From: a virus
Reading direction: 5' to 3' (one strand)
Virus record (IMG/VR): IMGVR_UViG_3300032229_000533
Span: 1-64,000 of that record
Length of the DNA: 64,000 nucleotides
Shown here: positions 9,483 through 20,000 of the stretch, piece by piece
How the letters are laid out: every line of letters starts with the position of its first letter
Position numbering within the stretch: the first letter of the stretch is position 1
Translations under genes and position numbers: made by a program
Notes under the pieces: model-generated
Told to the model about the DNA's origin: nothing
What the model saw: the letters and a program-made list of their open reading frames with translations, nothing else
Databases searched by the model: none

Positions 9483-12466
9483 TATTGTGTACAGTTAATA
9501 TTAATGTTTATTCCCACGTTTAATGAAACCGTATCAATGATATTCTGAGTTAAACATGTTAAATTTGTTATGGTTAATGTATTACCATTTAAGTAATATG
9601 TGTAGCCATAATTATACAATTGAGGTAAATAATTTATTAACGCATTTCTCCATTGTGCATTAGTTGGTACGTCAGACATACCATATCCAGTATAGAAAGA
9701 TTCTTTAATAATTTGTTCCCCACTAATTGTTAAATCAACATACCAATCACTTAGTATTGAATTTTCATAACATTCATTAATAGTTAATCCGCTTTGAGCT
9801 AACATATTATTAACTCTATTTACCAATATACTACTAAAGTTTGATACAGTAACATCACCATTAAACCATGGATAAATGTTAAAGTCTGCATATTCAGTAT
9901 TACATGTATAATCAAATATGTTTGATATGATAAAACATGGGTCAACAGGAACAGGTATAAATTGACAACCTCTTTGTCTTCTATAAACAAACTTTTGTTT
10001 ATTAAAGATTGAGTTTTCTAATCTAACCCCTCCATTCCAAATAGTTGTTGCAGGAACCATTTGTTCCACCAACTTAGTCCAATAAGGACCAATACCATTA
10101 ACATAGTCAATTAACTTTTGATATGTATATTTGTTGTTAGGTATTCCAACAGTTTGTTCTGATTCAATATATTTCCAAAATATTGATTGTAATGTAGGAT
10201 ATCCACCCGTTTTACCATCTGTAATATATTGTCTGTTTCTCGTATTAATCATGTTCTCCCAAAAAGTTTGAGAAAATTCAAAGAATGTTTTTTTCTTTGG
10301 TTCAGGATTAATGTAAGTCCAATCAACCCCACCAGGAACAGGATAACCAACAGTTATACCTGATTCAGGGATTGGGTAATCATATTGAACCGATTGATTC
10401 CAAACGTCATATACGATACCTTGAGCGGGATTTAAAAATATATCAACATTCTTAACGTTTAATACCAATTTCTCATTATCCACAAAATAATAAGCGTTGT
10501 AATCTCCTTGGGTTGAAACTCTAATTCTATCATCATCAGATAACCAAGATTTATTATTATCAACAACTTTTTGTAATTTAAACCCTTCATTCATATATGG
10601 GAAATTTCTATATCGGTTAAGATAAGTTTGACCATAAGTGAATGGAGTTAATTGAGTTTGAATATTATAGTTTTGACCTGTATAAACATTACCCGTAAGT
10701 TGAACTTGGTCAGGGCTTCTATGTTGTGGTGTAACTTCATACCAACCCGCACCTATTTGGAAAAAGAATGTTTCAGTATTTGCAGGAGCATTTGGGTAAC
10801 CCTCAGCATCCATTGGATAATCCTCTAATCTAATTGCAACATCTTGATACGTTGCGGTTGAGGTGAAGGCGGTATATAATTGTCCTTTAATTTTATAAGT
10901 TTCTCCTGGTAAGTAAGCAGGGACATCATTAACATAAGTTCCTCCTGATATACTTGCCCATTGTGTATAGAATTGGTCAAGATTAATTCTTTGGTCCGCC
11001 AAGTAAATGTGTTCGTTGTACTCAATTAGTGAATCAGGAGCCCCAATCAATCTTAATAAAAACTCAATAGACCTTCTAGTTCCTTTTGATTTAAAAAGAT
11101 AAGAAGCGTTAAGAATTAAATTTCTATAATACGCATAGTTTAATTCTGTTGGTGTTAAAGCTCTAGCATACCCAGGATACGTTGGAGTTGACGTATTACC
11201 AAACACAGAACTTAAAAAATTTTCATTAGTTATTGGTGAAAAGTTTGATGACCAACCTAATGTTCTTGCCAAGTTAACTAATAATTCTGAAGGTATATCG
11301 TTTGATGGATTATAATTAACAGAATTCATATACGCCAAACCGTCAATAAATTGTTTTACTTGGTCAAAACTTCTACCATAGATTTGAAATATTTTTTCAA
11401 CTTTCTGACCTAACGTATCAAACTCTTTTAATGAATCCGTTATTAAAAACCTTGAAATTAAATTTGTTTTAAATGAATCTAGATTAACTGCAATCGCTTG
11501 GATTTCCTCCAAATATCGGTCAAACAAAAATGAACGAATATCTAAATTCCATGTACCTTGTTTTGGCCAAGTAACTTGTTTATATTCAGTATAAATTTGA
11601 CCAAATTCATTTTGTTGTGGAACTTGAAACACTGCGGTATATTCAGGTCTTACCAATCTATTAACCAAGAATTTTTCAACTTCATCAAATGATTCTAAAA
11701 AAACTTTGTCAACAATATAATCATTTGGTCTTATCTCAAAGTCGTCATTTATTGTTGTTGCACTAACACCAAACGGAGCACCAGAAACATAAAATTGTAT
11801 TTCCCCTGATGACAATGTTTCGGAAGGTACAAAAGATAATATTCTGAATATATTATCATTAATACTAACACAATAATCCAAATAAGTGTTATATAAATTT
11901 CTATACGGTGAGACACTAATTTCTCTAACTGATAAGTTAGTTGCCGCGCTAATAGAGTAATCAATATCAAAAGGATTATTAATCCTATCAACATTTACTT
12001 TAAAGTATGTTTCGTCCGCCTGAGCGTCATAAACAATATCATAAGCAGTATTACCTGTTGTAAAATCATCGTTATTAAACATTACATCTAATGACGCAGG
12101 AAAATAATTAATAATTTTTGTTATTGAAACTCTAAATCTTTCAGACAATGACCCATACATTGAGAAATTAAGAACTTGCGAAATATCGTAATTTGGGTAA
12201 ACCCTAAATTGGGTTGCCATAATTCTTCTACTTTCCGCTAAATCCTCAATTCCCATCATGTCTAAAGACATGGGTTCAGAGAACGCCCCTACATTAAAAG
12301 TTCTATTAACCTTTTCCGTTACACCAGTAGTAAATTCAAAATTACCTTGCGTAAGTCCTCCACCCTCAACAGTTTGTAATCCTACAATGTTGTCAGAGAA
12401 GGTACCCGCTCCATTACCTGGTCTTGGGGGATAAAAGTATTTAGTATTTCTAGTTTCTACTGCCAT
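9482..12466 (-). CDS. Baseplate wedge subunit (T4 gp7 / P2 gpI-like), 994 aa
   Basis: LARTLGW...LFKSKGTRRSIEFLLRLIG motif typical of this family; lies in the baseplate cluster. Confidence 0.65.
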   Translation of the reverse strand: MAVETRNTKYFYPPRPGNGAGTFSDNIVGLQTVEGGGLTQGNFEFTTGVTEKVNRTFNVGAFSEPMSLDMMGIEDLAESRRIMATQFRVYPNYDISQVLNFSMYGSLSERFRVSITKIINYFPASLDVMFNNDDFTTGNTAYDIVYDAQADETYFKVNVDRINNPFDIDYSISAATNLSVREISVSPYRNLYNTYLDYCVSINDNIFRILSFVPSETLSSGEIQFYVSGAPFGVSATTINDDFEIRPNDYIVDKVFLESFDEVEKFLVNRLVRPEYTAVFQVPQQNEFGQIYTEYKQVTWPKQGTWNLDIRSFLFDRYLEEIQAIAVNLDSFKTNLISRFLITDSLKEFDTLGQKVEKIFQIYGRSFDQVKQFIDGLAYMNSVNYNPSNDIPSELLVNLARTLGWSSNFSPITNENFLSSVFGNTSTPTYPGYARALTPTELNYAYYRNLILNASYLFKSKGTRRSIEFLLRLIGAPDSLIEYNEHIYLADQRINLDQFYTQWASISGGTYVNDVPAYLPGETYKIKGQLYTAFTSTATYQDVAIRLEDYPMDAEGYPNAPANTETFFFQIGAGWYEVTPQHRSPDQVQLTGNVYTGQNYNIQTQLTPFTYGQTYLNRYRNFPYMNEGFKLQKVVDNNKSWLSDDDRIRVSTQGDYNAYYFVDNEKLVLNVKNVDIFLNPAQGIVYDVWNQSVQYDYPIPESGITVGYPVPGGVDWTYINPEPKKKTFFEFSQTFWENMINTRNRQYITDGKTGGYPTLQSIFWKYIESEQTVGIPNNKYTYQKLIDYVNGIGPYWTKLVEQMVPATTIWNGGVRLENSIFNKQKFVYRRQRGCQFIPVPVDPCFIISNIFDYTCNTEYADFNIYPWFNGDVTVSNFSSILVNRVNNMLAQSGLTINECYENSILSDWYVDLTISGEQIIKESFYTGYGMSDVPTNAQWRNALINYLPQLYNYGYTYYLNGNTLTITNLTCLTQNIIDTVSLNVGINININCTQ

Positions 12467-13374
12467 TAAGTTGTTATCGTTGTGAAGTTTTTACTAAAAT
12501 CAATATTATTTCCTCTATTTTGTCTAACCTCATAAAGTAATGCATTAAATTGGTCTCTAATCTCATACAAGTTGTACTGTCTGTAAATGTTATTTTCAGA
12601 GTCGTAAATTGTGTAGATACCGTCATCAATAGATTTGGTTTGATTACCGTAAAGAGCAATTGCAAGAGACGAAATATCGTACTCAACCATTTCAATCTCT
12701 AATGTAACAGGGTTAAAAAACGTATTACTAATTATTATATTTTGGTCAGGTTGTCCAATAAACGGTGTTGCGTTTGGCTTATTTGTTGGTGAAGATGATG
12801 GTGATAATGTTAAAAATATTAAATTTGAATTACCATCAACATATCTATATCTTATAGATTTTTGGGTTGTATTAATCTCGTTTGTAACAACTGGTTCACA
12901 GAAGAATGATGATGTGACAACTCTAAAGAAATTAGGTATTTTTGAACCGTCAGGATTTAAATATTCAATTCTAAATCCAACTAATCCTTGGGGTACAAAT
13001 TTATTTTGAAATTGTACAGGTACGTTTGTAACATCAATTACAATACCTTTAACGTTTGGTAATGCACTTAACACACCACAATCCGTAATTTTTGTTCTGA
13101 TTTGAGCAGGTCTTAAATACAAAGTGTAAATCCCAAGAGCATTAAATTGTTCTGCAGGTAATGTTAAGTTATATAATCCACCTAAAATTTCAACGTCAGG
13201 GGTTCCACCAGTTTCAGTGTTATTAAAATAAGGTCTTAATAATGTCTGAGCATCAAGTTCTGTAAGGATAAAAGTATCCGTAACATCCCTTGATGGTGTA
13301 TAGTTCATTATAATTTGCACATCTTCAGGTGATACGTCTGAAGGTCTAATTGTTCCATATGAGCCGATTGCCAT
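12466..13374 (-). CDS. Putative baseplate/structural protein, 302 aa
   Basis: Translationally coupled (TAATG) to the wedge gene; TATTTAT upstream. Confidence 0.55.
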   Translation of the reverse strand: MAIGSYGTIRPSDVSPEDVQIIMNYTPSRDVTDTFILTELDAQTLLRPYFNNTETGGTPDVEILGGLYNLTLPAEQFNALGIYTLYLRPAQIRTKITDCGVLSALPNVKGIVIDVTNVPVQFQNKFVPQGLVGFRIEYLNPDGSKIPNFFRVVTSSFFCEPVVTNEINTTQKSIRYRYVDGNSNLIFLTLSPSSSPTNKPNATPFIGQPDQNIIISNTFFNPVTLEIEMVEYDISSLAIALYGNQTKSIDDGIYTIYDSENNIYRQYNLYEIRDQFNALLYEVRQNRGNNIDFSKNFTTITT

Positions 13375-13390
13375 AGTTTCTTTTTATCTT

Positions 13391-13397
13391 ATAAATA
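13391..13397 (-). promoter_or_regulatory. Putative late promoter TATTTAT
   Basis: 16 nt upstream of ATG 13374. The 14-mer TAAACTATTTATAA is identical to the site at 22111. Confidence 0.6.
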
Positions 13398-13399
13398 GT

Positions 13400-14509
13400 T
13401 TAGTTCTTTTTTTCAACGTTAAAAAATCCATATCCGTAATTAATCATATCTCCAAGATTATCCACCTCTCCCATTCGTTGAATTCTTTCGTACGCCGAGT
13501 TCTTTCCTCTTTCAATGAAAATGTTTGTTTGTATCTGTGCTTGGTCCACAACTTTAAGTAAAACCTCATCTTTAGTTATTGGTCTTTGAGTTAAATTATT
13601 TTCTGTAAATCCCGATGATTGTTCAAAAAATATTGTAATTCCGTCAGAATAATCATAATAATTAACCCCATTTATTGTGTAGGCAGTAAATAATGGATTC
13701 ATATCTGTAACCGCACCCCATATTTGACCATTCTTAATTACAGGTACCCCAACAACATATTTTACAGAACCATATAAAGCCAAATCAGTTATACTTGACT
13801 TAGTTAATCCTGAAATTGTATATGGTATAGTAACATAATTTACTGATGTTTGAGCAGATACTTCATTAACTGCATCACCTGAAAAGATATAATCATAACT
13901 AACAGGTGTTCCCGCCCAATTACCGCCAGCAGGAATAAAAAACGCCTCCCCATTTGGATTTGTTGGTGTTACCAAACTATACGGTGTTGTAATAGTTTTA
14001 GAAACCCTTGTAACCCCCCACGGATTTGTTTGTTCTAATGAAATTGTATAAGTCGTATTTGCCGTTGGGTAAGTATGACTTAACGAGTTTGGAGTATACG
14101 TTGTTATTGTTTGTTTTGGTGACCCATCACCCCAATCTACTTTATATTCAGATAAGTCAAGGAATTTTTGAAACTCACTTGAAGTATTGTAGATATTATA
14201 CACATAAGGGTTTGATGTTGTTGAAGAAAATATAAAATTAGCAACAACATCTTTTTGTAATACAGCTCCGTCAAACGGACTATAATACCCAACATCAATA
14301 GCTGTTTGTCTAATTAGGATTGGTACGGTCAATCCTGTTAACAAAGAAGTACCATTAGGACCTGAACTAACAACTTGAGTCATTGCAGAATAAACCCCAA
14401 CAGTTTCTCCTGTATAAGTGTTATTAACATCCTGTCCTTGTAAATCTACTAAAAATAAATCTCCAAGTATTGTCTCAGGTGATACAATTATTTTATAAAA
14501 ATCTTCCAT
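13400..14509 (-). CDS. PKD-domain-containing structural protein, 369 aa
   Basis: YKVDWGDGS...SLSHTYP is the PKD signature (WDFGDG-like). Confidence 0.65.
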   Translation of the reverse strand: MEDFYKIIVSPETILGDLFLVDLQGQDVNNTYTGETVGVYSAMTQVVSSGPNGTSLLTGLTVPILIRQTAIDVGYYSPFDGAVLQKDVVANFIFSSTTSNPYVYNIYNTSSEFQKFLDLSEYKVDWGDGSPKQTITTYTPNSLSHTYPTANTTYTISLEQTNPWGVTRVSKTITTPYSLVTPTNPNGEAFFIPAGGNWAGTPVSYDYIFSGDAVNEVSAQTSVNYVTIPYTISGLTKSSITDLALYGSVKYVVGVPVIKNGQIWGAVTDMNPLFTAYTINGVNYYDYSDGITIFFEQSSGFTENNLTQRPITKDEVLLKVVDQAQIQTNIFIERGKNSAYERIQRMGEVDNLGDMINYGYGFFNVEKKN

Positions 14510-15351
14510 TATTTTGGATTAACATATTCGTACCATTTTATGGGTATTGTTGCCCCCGCTCTTCCACCCAAATTACTATAAAGTGTTTGTGTTGGGTTCA
14601 TATTAAACACTTGGTAGTTGTGTTTTTCATAATCCAATTCAACCCTATAATAGAAATACTGCGTACTATCAAAAACAAACTTGTCTCCAGTAATTGACGA
14701 TTGTGGAACATTCATCATTTTGGTAAAATATCCGTTTTTCGCATCATAAAATTTAGCGGTCATAAAGAAAGTTTTTATATTTAAAAAGTTTCTTTTCTTT
14801 AACCAATAAATAAAAAACCCTTCCTTATCTCCAACATAATCTAAAACAAAATATGGTTTTTTAATTTTAACTGGAGTCCTTTGCATTACTGCATCCATGG
14901 TTAACCCTTGTTGCGTTGGTATTATAATTGTTAAATAATTTGTTTGTCTTTTTTCATCAACATTGTCATAGAAGTCTAATTTAAAAAATGAATTTGAAAA
15001 ATTATTTGTATAATAATATATTTCATCTGTAGTAAAACCTTCGGACATATAATTGTTTCTCCAATTTGAAGAATTGTCTAAAGAACCTCCAGAATAAAAA
15101 TTAAATTCATATTGAATATCAGTATATTCAAATGGATTATCAGTATATGGGTCTGAAACCGTAATCGGCGCATGTGCAAATCTTGTTACTTCAAAATCAC
15201 CATAATCACCTGTAACTTTTTTTATTATATCTGCCTCATATTCATCAATACTTTGGTCTAATCCCAAATAGTCCCAAGTTAATTCTATCGGTATTACTAG
15301 TTCTTGATTAGTAAACCCGTCTTTTCTTATTTGTATTTTATTCACATCCAT
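14509..15351 (-). CDS. Hypothetical structural protein, 280 aa
   Basis: ORF track; coupled within the baseplate operon; aromatic-rich beta-type composition. Confidence 0.55.
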   Translation of the reverse strand: MDVNKIQIRKDGFTNQELVIPIELTWDYLGLDQSIDEYEADIIKKVTGDYGDFEVTRFAHAPITVSDPYTDNPFEYTDIQYEFNFYSGGSLDNSSNWRNNYMSEGFTTDEIYYYTNNFSNSFFKLDFYDNVDEKRQTNYLTIIIPTQQGLTMDAVMQRTPVKIKKPYFVLDYVGDKEGFFIYWLKKRNFLNIKTFFMTAKFYDAKNGYFTKMMNVPQSSITGDKFVFDSTQYFYYRVELDYEKHNYQVFNMNPTQTLYSNLGGRAGATIPIKWYEYVNPK

Positions 15352-17032
15352 CTATCAAAGGTTTAACAGGGAAAGGAACTCCAAGTAATGCGGAGTTATA
15401 GTTTATTCCTTCAGGTATCAATCTAAATTGAATATCTTTAAACGGATACTGAGCACGATTAAGAAATGGATAATCAACACCTCTACCTAAATTATCAATA
15501 AACCCATAACTATATAAATCCCTCCATCTAAATTGTTGGTCTGAGTTTGAAAAATATGCGTAACCAGGTACTCCATCAACAGATTGAATATCTCCCGTCT
15601 CAACATAATCCGAAAAAACTCTAATTGTCATTGGTGTGTGTGGCTCATAATAATATCCTGGCGCGTTTGTATTTGAAGTTGATGTTGTTTGAAATATATC
15701 TTGATTAAATTTTAATTTATGGTAATAAGGTGAAACAACTCTTTCCAATTGTTCATAATCATTCCACTCACAAAAATCACCATCAATGGTATCCCCCGAC
15801 ATTAAATTTTGATTATAATAAAATGTCTTGGTTACACCACTTGTTAAAGTATAACTTGATGTTAATATATTTGTATTTGAATTTAAGTTAGTTGAATCCC
15901 ACCAAAAATTACTAGTTTTAGTTAAATTAAATCCCCACCCTTGTTTTAACCCAACACCATTAGTTGGTTGATTAAAATAACCAGTATATCCTTTATTTAT
16001 TATAGTTAAAAACAATTCACTAACAGGTCTTTTTTGATTATCTAATAGATTGTTTAAATCTAAATCATAATTAACAGTAATATTATAAGAATTACTACTT
16101 GTCTTTTGAGATACTCTTGAAATATTATTTGGTGTAATTGAACTGTATTCAAATTTCTTTTCCTCAATAAAAACGTTTTTTTCAAATGCGTTTTTTGTCA
16201 TCACGCAATCACCAACATTTGTTAAAATTTTGTGCTCTCTAACGTAGTATTTTGATTTAGTTTCCAAAATAGTTTCAGGGTTAATAACTCGTTTGAATGT
16301 CCCTGTAACTTTGTTGGCAAATGTAGCTCCAGTATACCCAACATTGTAAATGTTAAAAACATTAACATCACTACCAAATTGACCGTTACCTAACGAATAA
16401 ACTTGGAATAATTTAATTCCATTATAGTTAAACGATAATTCAACATACTCTCCAACAGTCAACCCGTGAGGTGCGACACATTGAAATGCAATAACGTTAC
16501 TACCGTTTTGAAGAGCATTATTAATATAAAACGGTATCCCTTCTGACGCCTTCCAATTTAAACTAGTCCCATTTAAATTATAAAATAAATCTTTATCATA
16601 ATTGTTTGTATGGGCATAACTTATATAGTAAGTCCAATTATATGTGTAAGCACTTTTTGCGTAATATCTAATATGTTGGTCACCAATATCTGGTCTAAAA
16701 AAATCAAACTCATAATACTGAGGGAACCCTTTCCAAATATTGTTTGATTTTGAAACTATTGGGTCAACATAATATAGTGTATTTCTAAATGGTACGTAGT
16801 TTGTTGTACCAGTATAAGTGTTTGAGTATAAATAATTTACTTTAAATGTTGGTCTAAAGATTGTACAAGCTTGTCTTTCATCATCATATAATTGAGCAAG
16901 ACTAATACTTTGACTCCTGTCGTATTCCGTTATCTCTTGACTCTGTTGTGTTAAAGACAATGAGATTTCTTGGTCAACAAACGGAGCTGACTTAAATTCT
17001 AAACTACTTGGTATGATTGTGTACTTATTCAA
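15338..17032 (-). CDS. Hypothetical structural (baseplate-associated) protein, 564 aa
   Basis: ORF track; overlaps its neighbours in the same operon. Confidence 0.55.
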   Translation of the reverse strand: MNKYTIIPSSLEFKSAPFVDQEISLSLTQQSQEITEYDRSQSISLAQLYDDERQACTIFRPTFKVNYLYSNTYTGTTNYVPFRNTLYYVDPIVSKSNNIWKGFPQYYEFDFFRPDIGDQHIRYYAKSAYTYNWTYYISYAHTNNYDKDLFYNLNGTSLNWKASEGIPFYINNALQNGSNVIAFQCVAPHGLTVGEYVELSFNYNGIKLFQVYSLGNGQFGSDVNVFNIYNVGYTGATFANKVTGTFKRVINPETILETKSKYYVREHKILTNVGDCVMTKNAFEKNVFIEEKKFEYSSITPNNISRVSQKTSSNSYNITVNYDLDLNNLLDNQKRPVSELFLTIINKGYTGYFNQPTNGVGLKQGWGFNLTKTSNFWWDSTNLNSNTNILTSSYTLTSGVTKTFYYNQNLMSGDTIDGDFCEWNDYEQLERVVSPYYHKLKFNQDIFQTTSTSNTNAPGYYYEPHTPMTIRVFSDYVETGDIQSVDGVPGYAYFSNSDQQFRWRDLYSYGFIDNLGRGVDYPFLNRAQYPFKDIQFRLIPEGINYNSALLGVPFPVKPLIDGCE

Positions 17033-20000
17033 TTACTGAGTATTTTCTTTTAAATAGGTCTAAAGCTGTTTGACCTTTTATTGTTCCAAAATAAAAATGG
17101 AAAGGTGCTCCAACAATAAATTTACTAGGGCTAGTTGATATTGCCGATACATAATTACCACTACTGTCCATACTAAAAATATAACCTCTAAAGTTTAAAT
17201 CATTTGCTGTTGCCGTTGATGGTCTAAAATAATTTGGAGTGATTAATGAAGTTCTATCAAGTGATTGGTATCTTCTATTTTGAACAATATCAGCTTGTTT
17301 TGTTGCCCAATTATTAAGTTGACTACCAAAAATAAGATTACCTCTATTACTTTTTAATTCCCATTGATAATTTGGTACTACTTGTGACTTAATACCATAA
17401 GGGTATGGATAATTTGCACTATTATCTGGTGTTCTAAAATTAATTCTACCAGGTGTTAGGTAATCTTTTGTTTGTAAATCTTGTGTCGTTGATGAAAACC
17501 AAACAGCCATTACAGGGTTATTGGATGAACCTAAAATAGTTGTCGGTGAATTAGTTGCGGTTGTTGCATAATATTCAGGCGAAAAATTAACATTACCTAT
17601 TTCACTATTAATTGAACATAACTGAACAAAGTCACCATCAACCCTACCTTTTGGGTCAAATAATTGAAGTGGGTATCCTAAATTACGTGGTCTTGAGAAT
17701 AATATTCCAATTGAATCGTTAAGCCAACCAAGTATTGATTCTAAAAAACCTGCGTCAACCATTCTTGAAATAACAAAAAGATTTACTAAATCGGACGTAT
17801 CACCATAACTTGTTGGATTTAAACCAGGTATAATGTAAGCCTTAGTTGATGGGTCAAATGTTAATTCAGAATAAATAACATCTTTATAACCTAAATTAAT
17901 AATTGTTGTTGGGAACATTAAATTTCTTTCATTTGTTGCACTAGCAACTGTACTTCTACCAATAAATTCATTTGTACTTAAATCATAAGGACTACTTCTA
18001 AAGTAGAAATTTGTAGTAGGTTTATCAAAATAAACTATCTCTTGAGGTATTTTAGGGTCTTCAGGTTGATTTTGTGTATCATAAAAAACATTAGTTTGGA
18101 TTGGGAACATATACAATGAACCGTTAATCCAATTATTGGTAAATGTTTGAGATAAAACTCCTCTACATAGACCATACATAAATCTAAATCTATATCCCCA
18201 TTCCGCCCATATCTTCCAATCGTCAACGAATCCAAATAAATTAAGTGGGTTGTAAAATAAAATGTAACAACCTCTTGTTACAAAATTATGACCAACGCCT
18301 GATGGGTCATTACAAGGAGTTTTAACTCTAAATGCATCACCAAATCCTTCATAACAATCTAATGGTACCATACCAGCACAACTAAAACTTTCTAATACAT
18401 TAACAGCGTTAGGTAGTCCTTCAATATCAGGACCAACTTGTGATGCACCAGAACCAAATCCAAATGATTCTGAAGTCCCGTCTCTATTAATTCCATAAAT
18501 CGCAAATTGTAAATTTTGTTGTAAAATACTAGGATTGTCCACCCAATTACCTCCATCAAGAGCATCTGAAGTTGGTAGTCTATCTGTTCTCATTACATTC
18601 TTAGATGAATCGGTAATTGGTATTAACCACCCTGGTCCATATGCCTTTGTAACGTAATAACTTGTATCTATTGGACCTGAAGGCCAATTTATGGCAACTG
18701 TAGGGCATGGTCTTCCTCTATTAACTATTGTACTTCTAGCACCAAGCGGTCCAGTTGGGCTTGACCAATAAGGGGTGGTCCCTTTTAGTACACATATTTC
18801 TCCATTATCGGGGCCCCCACCAATTTTACTGTCAATAGATTTAGGATTACCATCGCAATCTGTATAATATAATGTATTACTCAAAGGCCAATAACTATTA
18901 TCAAAATACCATACTGTACACGCATTTGTTGAATAATTTGTTATTGACATTTCACCCATACCTGAAACATCTTCACTTGAATCATATTTTGAAGCTCCAA
19001 TACTTGATGACCAAAACCCATTTACCGTTTTACTTATAACCTCAGTACCTGAAGAGTTTAGATAAAAACCAGCAGAATAAGGTGGTGAATTATAATTAAC
19101 ATTATCTAAAGAACCATAATATCCAAGATTAGTACTCGTGAATGCAGTGTATGCTTGTCCATATGTTGAACTTCCTGCAATACCAGGGTTAAAGAAGTAC
19201 GATTGGTAATATATTTCTTCTTGTCCACCAAATCCTTGAACACTAATGTTAGTAGTGAGAGGTAAAGGTGGTGCTAATTTTTGAATTGGTATGTTTAATC
19301 TTGTATTCCCTGTTATTATAACTGCATCTTCAGTACTATAACCTAATATTTTACCAATACCATATTGATTAGTATATAATGGAGAATATGGGTCAACACC
19401 TCTCTGTAATATTAAAATTACTTGGTCACCATAATCATTAAAATATTCTAACGGATTTATGGTTTTATTATCATTAATAAACAATCTACCAGCAAAACGT
19501 TGCCAAATTTGATATTTTGTTGGTTGATTTAATAAATTCGGTAATGTTTGTGTTAATCCAGTACTCCACATTGTTGCCGCTTGAGATACTGTAATTGCGG
19601 TAACAACTTGGAAATATTCAATATCAGCAGCAAATTTATAGTTAGTAATTGTTGACCCTGATGGTAAACTGTAAATAATTGGAGTTGAATTAGTATATTG
19701 ACCAGTCGCATAACTAACATTAACGGTAGTTGGTGCACTTGAACTATATGATGTACCACTAATTCCATATATATCACCAGTCAATGTTGTCGCACTGTAC
19801 TTATAATTTACATCACTACTATCTACAGGGTTGACAAAACTTAACAAATCACCTGTATTATAAGTAAGGTCAGGAGTAGCTAAAACAGTAATTGTATTAT
19901 CAAAGTGAGATTTACCAATATTTGAATTTACTGCAAAACTAACTTTAATTCTATTTACCCCAGTAAAAAAGTTTTTCCTTTGATTAAATAAATTAATTCT